Shown here: positions 1 through 7,492 of the stretch, piece after piece
Numbering within the stretch: the stretch's first letter is position 1
Layout of the letters: every line of letters begins with the position of its first letter
Origin: Caedibacter taeniospiralis
GTDB taxonomy: Bacteria > Pseudomonadota > Gammaproteobacteria > Francisellales > Francisellaceae
NCBI RefSeq assembly: GCF_002803295.2
Contig: NZ_PGGB02000002.1
Span: 63,756 to 73,437 of the forward strand
Length of the DNA: 9,682 nt
Direction of reading: 5' to 3'
Made by a program: the position numbers and the translations under genes
The notes under the pieces: generated by a model
Databases searched by the model: none
What the model saw: the letters and a program-made list of their open reading frames with translations, nothing else
Told to the model about the DNA's origin: nothing

Positions 1-4
1 ACTT

Positions 5-30
5 GCCTGACCACTTCAAAGTGGTCAGGC
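5..30. repeat. Perfect inverted repeat GCCTGACCACTT-CA-AAGTGGTCAGGC (hairpin), possibly the end of a repeat element
   Basis: 12-nt arms at 5-16 and 19-30 are exact reverse complements; as a hairpin this gives an 11-bp stem with a TCAA loop. No T-tract follows, so an intrinsic terminator is not supported. Confidence 0.7.
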
Positions 31-121
31 GTGCGGACGGAGTGTTTAAAGTAAAATAGGCGGGAAGATGGTTATAGCCCGAGTTTTAATGGGTCTGAAC
101 TCCTTAAGGGCAAGTGTTTCT

Positions 122-1486
122 ATGAATATTAGTATTTTCGATCTGTTTTCAATTGGGGTTGGACCTTCGTCATCGCATACTGTGGGACCTATGCGGGCGA
201 CGTTTCGTTTTTTGCAGAGAAATGAAGCCTATCTGAAAAATACAACGCGCTTTAGTATTGAGTTATTTGGTTCGTTAGCGCTAACGGGAAAAGGACATAA
301 GACCGACTATGCCTGCATCCTGGGTGCAGCAGGTTATGAACCGCGCAGTATTGATATTAGCAAGGCAGCGGCAGGTTATGAGCAAATACTCAAAAGCAAA
401 AAGGTGCGTTTACTAGGGCAATATGAGATTGATTTTGACTACGCAGAAGACTTGATTTTTCACTACAGTGAAGCCTTGCCTGAACACGCTAACGGTATAC
501 TTTTTACCTTATGGGATAAAAATGGCGCGAAACTTAGTTCGTTAAAATATTTTTCTGTAGGAGGGGGATTTATTCTGGATGAGCATGAGATGCGTAAGCA
601 AAATGATCCAGCCCCTGTGGATGCTCATGAAGTGCCTTTTCCTTTTTCAACGGCCAAGGGTTTATTGTATTTATGTCAAACGCATCAAATGAATATTGCT
701 GATTTGATGATGGCAAACGAGTGCTCATTGCGAAGTAAAGAAGAAGTCGAAAAAGGAGTATTGCAGCTATGGCAGGTGATGGATCAATCGATTGATAAGG
801 GTCTTATGACCGATGGTGAGCTGCCAGGGGGACTCAAAGTCAGGCGTCGCGCTTATAAGCTTAAAAAGCGTCTGGAAGAATCACGTTTGGATATTAAAGA
901 TCTGAATTGGCTAAACGTCTTTGCGATAGCAGTTAATGAAGAAAATGCCGCAGGTGGCAAGGTGGTTACTGCACCAACTAACGGTGCCGCAGGCGTTATC
1001 CCTGCTGTTCTTAAACATCATATATTGAGTCATCCATTTACCACTACAAAAGAGATCATTGATTATTTACTGACTACTGCCGCGATCGGAATTTTATTTA
1101 AGAAAGGAGCTTCTATTTCCGCGGCGGAAGTGGGTTGTCAGGGAGAAGTGGGTGTTGCTTGTTCCATGGCAGCTGCGGGACTTTGTGCACTTTTGGGCGG
1201 GTCGGTAGCACAAGTAGAAAATGCGGCTGAAATGGGGATGGAGCACAATTTGGGGCTTACCTGTGATCCGATTGGCGGCTTGGTGCAAATCCCTTGTATT
1301 GAGCGTAATGCTATGGGTGCGGTACAGGCAGTTAATGCAGCGAAACTGTCATTACTTGGAGATGGTGAGCATCATGTCAGCTTAGATCAGGTAATTCAAA
1401 CCATGAAAGAGACAGGTAAAGACATGTCAACCAAGTATAAAGAGACGTCTCTAGGCGGATTAGCCGTAAATCTGCCCGCGTGTTAG
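122..1486 (+). CDS. sdaA: L-serine dehydratase (L-serine ammonia-lyase), single-chain iron-sulfur type
   Basis: N-terminus [41 protein letters not shown], and C-terminal cysteine motifs [18 protein letters not shown] and [19 protein letters not shown] are typical of the family. ATG at 122 is preferred over 68 because the conserved N-terminus starts there and AAGGG lies at 106-110. Confidence 0.95.
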   Translation: MNISIFDLFSIGVGPSSSHTVGPMRATFRFLQRNEAYLKNTTRFSIELFGSLALTGKGHKTDYACILGAAGYEPRSIDISKAAAGYEQILKSKKVRLLGQYEIDFDYAEDLIFHYSEALPEHANGILFTLWDKNGAKLSSLKYFSVGGGFILDEHEMRKQNDPAPVDAHEVPFPFSTAKGLLYLCQTHQMNIADLMMANECSLRSKEEVEKGVLQLWQVMDQSIDKGLMTDGELPGGLKVRRRAYKLKKRLEESRLDIKDLNWLNVFAIAVNEENAAGGKVVTAPTNGAAGVIPAVLKHHILSHPFTTTKEIIDYLLTTAAIGILFKKGASISAAEVGCQGEVGVACSMAAAGLCALLGGSVAQVENAAEMGMEHNLGLTCDPIGGLVQIPCIERNAMGAVQAVNAAKLSLLGDGEHHVSLDQVIQTMKETGKDMSTKYKETSLGGLAVNLPAC

Positions 1487-1555
1487 GGCGTTTGAAGGAA
1501 ATATGACACATGTTTAACTTGCTTTGCATTATGGAGGACGTGGAAAGCCCAGTGC

Positions 1556-2953
1556 TTAACTTAGTGCCATTACACTTTGATCAACTTCTTTTAATTTGTT
1601 TGATTCTTCAGTGTGCTTAAACAACAACCAGTTTCCCGTTGTACATTTATTGACTATATTGGCGATCATTCCAACGATAGTCACATGGCTTAAAAAATTT
1701 GTTAAAGCACTTAATATTTTTCTGCTGGTAGAATCATCAAGTATTGCCCTGCATTGAGCTTCAGACTCTTTAATCCTTTCTATATACTTTGTTCTGTTTT
1801 TATCATCTGTGCCTGGGCTCCACAAACTATCATCTGCGAACGCTACGGTTGCCTTAAATAATTCGTCTTTGTGACGATTAATCTCTGATTTTTGTTGTGT
1901 ATTTAATACACTTGAGCGTGAAATTTGCTCACAACTCGTATCAATAGTCATAAGAGTCTTTTCTAATGTCTCAATGCTTTGAGATAACTCCTCTTTGATT
2001 GATGTCTCCCACTGACCATCCCGTAACTTTTGATATATTGTTCCAACTAAGAATTTAAGCTCGAGATTGGTTGCCTGAGTGGATAATTGATTTATATCAT
2101 CAATTGCCTTAAAGTTGGCGATATTTGGCTCAAATTTTATAGGAGATTGATCAATGCCATATTGCTCAGATACCTTATGAGCGTCCTCTGTTAACACAAG
2201 TTGTGCTCTTTTCTCATTTAGTGCGTCCAGGGTTTCTATGTTGTTCGCTTTAATAAGCTCAAGAAGATTCTTTATTTTCGTATCATAAGTACCCCGCATA
2301 ATTGATTTCAAGGCCTGCTTTTGCAGCTTTTCCCCTTCCTCTGTTTGCTCTGGCTGAAATAATATTTTTTCAAACTCTTCCTGGGTTAATGACTTTGTCT
2401 CCATTACCGCTTTTAAAGCGGAAATTGTATGATAAAAGTCAAAAGTTGTTAGTGCCGCTTCAACCGCGCTATTTTGTAATTCGTTGTATAAGTCTCCCTG
2501 GTCTTTCACATATTCTTTTAACTCCCGATACTTTATGGCTGTGGGATCAGTAGTTTCAAGATCATCTACTTCAAGTGGACTTAAGTTATCATTTACCATA
2601 TCGGTTGCTGTTAATTTTTCAAAGGTATTAGCAACGGCTTGTGAGTACGCTGCTCCAATAAAGAAACGCCGCTCCTTCGACCAATTGGCAGTATCCAAAA
2701 AATACTTAGTACGCAAAGACTCCTCTCCTAAAGTGGTGCCAAAATCAAAATCCTTTAAAATTGCATCATATGTTAATGGTTTGTACTGTTGTAACTTCTC
2801 TTTGACTACAGGTTCTTCTACTTTTATGAGTGAACCTTTTAAAGTTAAATCTTTTATTCCCACGATGGCGTCTATTAATTTTGTCTGATCAAACAGAATT
2901 TCATTGAACTGTTGTAAAAAATAGTTTTTATAATGTTCTTTTGACAATGGCAT
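1556..2953 (-). CDS. Uncharacterised, mostly helical protein with a hydrophobic segment near the C-terminus
   Basis: Long ORF of about 465 codons. The ATG at 2953 (MPLSKEHYKNYF) has AGGAG at complement 2961-2965 with 7-nt spacing, favouring it over the upstream ATG at 2971. Composition is rich in K/E/L/Q and strongly helical. No domain recognised. Confidence 0.85.
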   Translation of the reverse strand: MPLSKEHYKNYFLQQFNEILFDQTKLIDAIVGIKDLTLKGSLIKVEEPVVKEKLQQYKPLTYDAILKDFDFGTTLGEESLRTKYFLDTANWSKERRFFIGAAYSQAVANTFEKLTATDMVNDNLSPLEVDDLETTDPTAIKYRELKEYVKDQGDLYNELQNSAVEAALTTFDFYHTISALKAVMETKSLTQEEFEKILFQPEQTEEGEKLQKQALKSIMRGTYDTKIKNLLELIKANNIETLDALNEKRAQLVLTEDAHKVSEQYGIDQSPIKFEPNIANFKAIDDINQLSTQATNLELKFLVGTIYQKLRDGQWETSIKEELSQSIETLEKTLMTIDTSCEQISRSSVLNTQQKSEINRHKDELFKATVAFADDSLWSPGTDDKNRTKYIERIKESEAQCRAILDDSTSRKILSALTNFLSHVTIVGMIANIVNKCTTGNWLLFKHTEESNKLKEVDQSVMALS

Positions 2954-2992
2954 CTTTTTTCTCCTGTGCATATTGCTAAGTTTAGGAATGCT

Positions 2993-3020
2993 TTTATATC
3001 ATGCTTGTGGTCTGTTGCAA
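2993..3020 (-). promoter_or_regulatory. Putative sigma70-like promoter for the uncharacterised minus-strand gene
   Basis: On the minus strand: TTGCAA (complement 3015-3020), 16-nt spacer, TATAAA (complement 2993-2998), about 40 nt upstream of the ATG at 2953. Confidence 0.35.
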
Positions 3021-3141
3021 ATGGAGGAGTCCACAATCGGACGAAATGATGAATAAAATACTCCAAAAGTTACGTACTTTCGCAGGTTTTCTTATTCCAT
3101 ATAAAATGCTGATTCGCCTATATTTTCACGAGTCTTGTGTT

Positions 3142-3147
3142 TATAAT
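3142..3147 (+). promoter_or_regulatory. Possible -10 element (TATAAT) upstream of aceE
   Basis: Exact TATAAT at 3142-3147, 54 nt upstream of the aceE ATG. No good -35 box at standard spacing. Confidence 0.3.
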
Positions 3148-3201
3148 TGTTCCCATTTTTAGCGCTTAGCTTTTTAAGTTTAAACTGTCTATGGAGGCAA
3201 T

Positions 3202-5883
3202 ATGTCTGAAGGGTTTCATGATATTGATATAACGGAAACACAAGAGTGGCTGGAAGCCTTAGAGGATGTGGTGGCACGCGAGGGGAATGAGCGCGCAAGT
3301 TTCATTGTCAATCAATTGTTAAATCGCGCGAATCAGATGGGCATTGAGAGTGCGTATGCGCCTGCCCAAAGTATTTCATTTATGAATACCATCAAGGTGG
3401 AAGATCAGCCTGCCTATCCTGGGAATCTGGAAATCGAGAAAAAAATTGAGAACTTAAATCGCTGGAACGCCGCGGTCATGGTGGCAAAAGCCAATAAAAA
3501 AGATGGCTCCCTTGGCGGACATATTGGTTCTGGTGCGTCGATTATGACACTGTATGAGGTGGGTTTTAATCATTTTTTCCATGCCCCAAGTGAAACAAAG
3601 CCAGGTGATGTTGTGCTTTATCAAGGGCATACGACTCCTGTTATTTATGCGCGATCTTATCTGGAGGGTCGCCTAAGCGAAGAGCAGTTAAAGAACTTTC
3701 GTCAACAGGCATTTAATCGCGATAAGGGCTTATCTTCTTATCCGCACCCCTATTTGCAACCTGCTTATTGGCAGTTTCCAACGGTTTCTATGGGGCTGGG
3801 TCCATTGCAGGCGATTTACCAGGCGCGTTTTATGAAGTATCTTCATGCGCGCAAACTGGCTGATACCAAAAATCGTAAAGTATGGGCATTTTGTGGTGAT
3901 GGTGAAATGGACGAGCCTGAGTCCTTGGGCGCGATTAATCGCGCGTCACGTGAAGGCTTGGATAATCTTATTTTTGTGATTAACTGTAACCTGCAGCGCT
4001 TAGATGGTTTAGTCGATGGCAATGGTAAGATTGTTGAGGAATTTGCGCGAATTTTTACAGGCGCTGGCTGGAATGTTATTAAAGTGCTATGGGGCAGCAA
4101 TTGGGAGCCGTTATTCGCCAAGGATAAAAGTGGCAAGCTGCAACAGCGTTTGGCGCAAATGAATGATGGACAAATGCAGTTTGCACGCTCCCGTGGCGGA
4201 CAAGATCTGCATCAGACGATTTTTGGCGGAGATCCTGAGCTTCAGGAAATGGGCAAGGGTTATAGCGATGAGGATGTGCAGAATTTAATGCGTGGAGGAC
4301 ATGACCCCATTAAGGTTTATGCTGCCTATCAGCGCGCGGTGAATAATAACACGGGCAAACCAACCGTGATTTTGCCAATGACGATCAAAGGTTATGGTTT
4401 GGGTGAGTGGGGCGAATCTAAAAACATCGCGCATAATATTAAGAAGCTTGATACCGCCGCGCTGAAATATATTCGTGATCGCTTTGACGTGCCGGCAAGT
4501 GATGAACAGGTTGAGAAAATGGAATTTATTAAATTTCAGGAAGGCTCAAAAGAACACGCGTATTTACATGCGCAGCGCAAAACTTTAGATGGCTATGCCC
4601 CAGCCCGATTTGAAAATAACACCCCACTTCCCATTCCAGGTTATCAGGATTTTGCTCAGCTGTTTTTAGAAGCAAGTGGTGATCGTGAGTTTTCGACGAC
4701 AACCGCGTTTGTGCGCATGTTTGTCAATTTAACGCGTCATAACGAACTCAAAGATCGCCTAGTTCCTGTGACGGTGGATGAATCACGCACTTTCGGTATG
4801 GAAGGTTTATTCCGTCAATTGGGGATTTATAATCATCGTGGTCAGCAGTATGTGCCCGAAGATAAGGCACAGGTGATGTATTACAAAGAATCCGTTGATG
4901 GTCAAATTATTCAGGATGGTATTAATGAAGCTGGGGGCTTTTGTTCATGGTTAGCTGCTGCCACGTCATACAGTGTGCATCGCGTGGCGATGATTCCTTT
5001 TTATATTTATTACTCGATGTTTGGTTTTCAGCGCATAGGTGATTTGGCTTGGCTTGCTGGTGACTCACATGCTAAGGGTTTCTTGTTAGGTGGAACTGCT
5101 GGGCGCACAACACTTAACGGTGAAGGTTTGCAACATGAGGATGGGCACAGTCATATTCAAGCGGGGTTAATTCCATCGTGTGTATCATATGATCCAACCT
5201 ATGCCTATGAGCTTGCTGTTATTCTTTGGGATGGCATGCGTCGTATGTATGTTGAAGGTGAGCAGGTTTTCTACTATGTCACTGTCATGAATGAAAATTA
5301 TGTGCATGGTGCGATGCCAGAAGGCTCAGAGGAAGGCATTATCAAAGGGCTATATTTGTTAAGAGAAGCTAAAAAGGCAGAGGCTAAAAAGCATGTGCAG
5401 TTGATGGGGTCAGGCACTATTTTACGTGAAGTGGAAGCTGCAGCCGAGCTTTTAGAGAAAGACTTTGGTGTAACGAGTGATGTCTGGAGCATGACTTCTG
5501 CCAATGAGTTGTACCGTGATAGTCGGTGCGTTGCACGCTGGAATATGTTGCATCCTGATAAAAAGGCTAAAGAGACCCATATTGAGAGGTGCTTGAAAGA
5601 TCGTAAAGGTCCTGTGATCGCATCAACCGACTATATCAAACTTTATAGTGAACAGTTGCGTGAATTTATGCCCAGGAATTATATTACGTTGGGGACTGAT
5701 GGCTATGGTCGTTCAGACTCGCGTGAGAATTTGCGTAGTTTTTTTGAAGTGGATCGTTATCATGTGGTGATTGCGGCGCTTACTGGCTTATTACGCGAAG
5801 GTGTGGTTACTGTTAAAACCGTGAAAGATGCGATTAAAAAATATGGGGTTGACCCCGAACGTGTTGATCCCATCAACCACTAG
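3202..5883 (+). CDS. aceE: Pyruvate dehydrogenase E1 component, homodimeric type
   Basis: 893-aa ORF with GGAGG at 3193-3197. Family motifs include GGHIGSGASIMTLYEVGFNHFF, YPHPYLQPAYWQFPTVSMGLGP, TPP-binding WAFCGDGEMDEPESLGAI, GKPTVILPMTIKGYGLG, TTAFVRMF and DGYGRSDSRENLRSFFEVD. Confidence 0.98.
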   Translation: MSEGFHDIDITETQEWLEALEDVVAREGNERASFIVNQLLNRANQMGIESAYAPAQSISFMNTIKVEDQPAYPGNLEIEKKIENLNRWNAAVMVAKANKKDGSLGGHIGSGASIMTLYEVGFNHFFHAPSETKPGDVVLYQGHTTPVIYARSYLEGRLSEEQLKNFRQQAFNRDKGLSSYPHPYLQPAYWQFPTVSMGLGPLQAIYQARFMKYLHARKLADTKNRKVWAFCGDGEMDEPESLGAINRASREGLDNLIFVINCNLQRLDGLVDGNGKIVEEFARIFTGAGWNVIKVLWGSNWEPLFAKDKSGKLQQRLAQMNDGQMQFARSRGGQDLHQTIFGGDPELQEMGKGYSDEDVQNLMRGGHDPIKVYAAYQRAVNNNTGKPTVILPMTIKGYGLGEWGESKNIAHNIKKLDTAALKYIRDRFDVPASDEQVEKMEFIKFQEGSKEHAYLHAQRKTLDGYAPARFENNTPLPIPGYQDFAQLFLEASGDREFSTTTAFVRMFVNLTRHNELKDRLVPVTVDESRTFGMEGLFRQLGIYNHRGQQYVPEDKAQVMYYKESVDGQIIQDGINEAGGFCSWLAAATSYSVHRVAMIPFYIYYSMFGFQRIGDLAWLAGDSHAKGFLLGGTAGRTTLNGEGLQHEDGHSHIQAGLIPSCVSYDPTYAYELAVILWDGMRRMYVEGEQVFYYVTVMNENYVHGAMPEGSEEGIIKGLYLLREAKKAEAKKHVQLMGSGTILREVEAAAELLEKDFGVTSDVWSMTSANELYRDSRCVARWNMLHPDKKAKETHIERCLKDRKGPVIASTDYIKLYSEQLREFMPRNYITLGTDGYGRSDSRENLRSFFEVDRYHVVIAALTGLLREGVVTVKTVKDAIKKYGVDPERVDPINH

Positions 5884-5886
5884 TAG

Positions 5887-5905
5887 GGGCGTATCACATA
5901 CGCCC
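5887..5905. repeat. Intercistronic hairpin between aceE and aceF
   Basis: GGGCGTAT-CAC-ATACGCCC: 8-nt arms exactly complementary around a 3-nt centre, starting 4 nt after the aceE stop. No downstream T-tract. Confidence 0.6.
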
Positions 5906-5948
5906 GTGTGAGTATTAAAGAAAGATAAATTAACAAGAGGAAAATTGC

Positions 5949-7241
5949 ATGGCAATACAGCAAGTCACCGTACCAGATATTGGTGATTATAAGAATGTTG
6001 ATGTGATTGAGGTCAATGTCAAAGTGGGTGATGTTATTCAAGCAGAAGACTCATTAATTACTTTGGAAACTGACAAAGCCTCAATGGAAGTGCCAGCACC
6101 TGTAGGTGGCGTTGTCAAAGAAATTAATGTCAAACTTGGAGATAAGGTCTCCAAAGGCACTTTGGTGTTATCCGTAGAAACGGATGCAGTAGCTTCAGCT
6201 GGGGTGAAATCAGACATTAAGCCATCTGAAGCGCCCATGACGCAAGTCGCTGTGTCAGCGCAACCCATGAGTGTAGAGGTTTCTGATGTTGGTAACTATA
6301 AAGGTGTTGATGTGATTGAGGTGCATAATGCCAATGCTCACGCCTCCCCTGCAGTTCGCCGTTTGGCACGCATTTTAGGGGTGGATTTATCCAAAGTTGT
6401 CGCAACAGGGCGCAAGGGACGAATCAGTAAAGAAGACTGCGAAAGCTATATTAAAAAAGCGGTTCAGCTAGTACAGACGGGACAGCTTTCATCTGGTGGG
6501 GGATTGGATTTATTACCCGATCCACAGATTGATTTTGCTAAATTTGGTGATATTGAAGTTGAGGCTTTGTCGCGCATTAATAAGCTAAGCGCTAAAAACC
6601 TGGCGCGTAACTGGGTTAAGATTCCCCATGTTACTTTCTATGATGAGGCGGATATTACCGATCTTGAAGTCTTTAGAAATGCTAAAAAAGCGGCTGCCGA
6701 AAAAGCAGGCGTTAAAGTGACACCGTTGTCTTTCCTCATCAAAGCCGCGGCGGTGACGTTAAAAGAATATCCACGCTTTAACAGTTCCTTATCTAATGAT
6801 GGTGAGAGTCTGATTGTGAAAAAATATTTTAATATTGGCTTTGCAACGGATACGCCAAAGGGATTAATGGTTCCTGTCGTTAAAAATGCCGATACAAAGG
6901 GTATTTTTGAGATTTCTCGTGAGATTATGATCCTGGCAAAAAAGGCACGTGATGGCAAGCTTCTTTCGGATGATATGCAAGGGGCTACTTTTACCGTTTC
7001 AAGTTTGGGTGTGCTGGGAAGTACTGCATTTACGCCGATTATCAATATGCCTGAAGTGGCGATTATGGGGGTGTCAAAATCTGCGATAAAACCCGTGTGG
7101 AATGGTGCTGAGTTTATGCCAAGAACCATGTTGCCATTGTCGTTATCGACAGATCATCGGGTGATTGATGGTGCGTTAGCTGCACAGTTCTTAACGCGGT
7201 ATTGTGCGATTTTGGCGGATTTAAGAGAGATTCTTTTATAA
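5949..7241 (+). CDS. aceF: Dihydrolipoamide acetyltransferase (E2) of the pyruvate dehydrogenase complex, with one intact lipoyl domain and a truncated second one
   Basis: Lipoyl domain with LETDKASMEVPAP, E1/E3-binding domain HASPAVRRLARILGVDLSKVVATGRKGRISKED, catalytic domain with IPHVTFYDEADITDLE and LSLSTDHRVIDGA. AGAGG upstream of ATG 5949. Confidence 0.97.
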   Translation: MAIQQVTVPDIGDYKNVDVIEVNVKVGDVIQAEDSLITLETDKASMEVPAPVGGVVKEINVKLGDKVSKGTLVLSVETDAVASAGVKSDIKPSEAPMTQVAVSAQPMSVEVSDVGNYKGVDVIEVHNANAHASPAVRRLARILGVDLSKVVATGRKGRISKEDCESYIKKAVQLVQTGQLSSGGGLDLLPDPQIDFAKFGDIEVEALSRINKLSAKNLARNWVKIPHVTFYDEADITDLEVFRNAKKAAAEKAGVKVTPLSFLIKAAAVTLKEYPRFNSSLSNDGESLIVKKYFNIGFATDTPKGLMVPVVKNADTKGIFEISREIMILAKKARDGKLLSDDMQGATFTVSSLGVLGSTAFTPIINMPEVAIMGVSKSAIKPVWNGAEFMPRTMLPLSLSTDHRVIDGALAAQFLTRYCAILADLREILL

Positions 7242-7255
7242 AGGCATTTTGTTTT

Positions 7256-7454
7256 TCAAGACTACCCCGTCCGCTTCGCGTTGTCCTCCAGCTGCGCGCG
7301 GAGCTTACAGCGCTCAAAGCTAAGGAAGCAAAACTGTTTGCTTCCTTTAAGGCGCTTTTCGCCCCCTTCGCTAACGAAGGGGGCGAAAAGCCGTTGAAAA
7401 ATTCCCCTCTTTTGTAGAGGGGTGGCAGCCGTAGGCTGACGGGGTGTTTCTTGA
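7256..7454. repeat. MITE-like / palindromic intergenic repeat between aceF and lpd
   Basis: Imperfect terminal inverted repeats TCAAGACTACCCCGTC (7256-7271) and GACGGGGTGTTTCTTGA (7438-7454, reverse complement TCAAGAAACACCCCGTC). Internal perfect hairpins: AAGGAAGCAAA/TTTGCTTCCTT (7322-7347), 17-nt arms GCTTTTCGCCCCCTTCG/CGAAGGGGGCGAAAAGC (7354-7391), CCCCTCT/AGAGGGG (7404-7422), CAGCC/GGCTG (7426-7438). Confidence 0.75.
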
Positions 7455-7492
7455 ATTGGGAGTTTGTAAAAGTTAGCAAGAAAGGTAGAAAA

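Noticed and set aside
1094-1288. Minus-strand ORF of 64 aa
   Set aside because: Lies wholly antisense to the conserved 3' half of sdaA, with low-complexity and no recognised motif.
1487-1555. Terminator between the convergent sdaA and minus-strand gene
   Set aside because: No stem followed by a T-tract could be found in this short spacer.
2302-2888. Plus-strand ORFs 2302..2553 and 2484..2888
   Set aside because: Antisense to the long minus-strand CDS; no family resemblance and no good ribosome binding site noticed. The longer minus-strand frame with AGGAG is much better supported.
3006-3035. TTGTGG...CCACAA inverted repeat in the divergent intergenic region as an operator
   Set aside because: Only 6-bp arms with a wide spacer in AT-rich sequence, which is easily expected by chance.
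2875-3298. Small minus-strand ORFs 2875..3066 and 3092..3298
   Set aside because: They overlap the 5' parts of the flanking genes and the divergent intergenic region, and look like chance frames.
3843-7129. Antisense ORFs inside aceE and aceF (3843..4136, 5298..5504, 6038..6268, 6638..7129) and the plus-strand overlapping frame 6217..6405
   Set aside because: Fully inside highly conserved pdh genes; best explained as shadow frames.
7354-7391. Strong 17-nt-arm hairpin as an intrinsic terminator of aceF
   Set aside because: Not followed by a T-tract on either strand (CCGTTGAAAAATT on the plus side), so a classical terminator is not supported. It is treated as part of the repeat.
7114-7479. 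ORFs 7202..7417 (+) and 7114..7479 (-)
   Set aside because: They run through the palindromic repeat and the aceF 3' end, and the peptides mirror hairpin sequence rather than a protein family.
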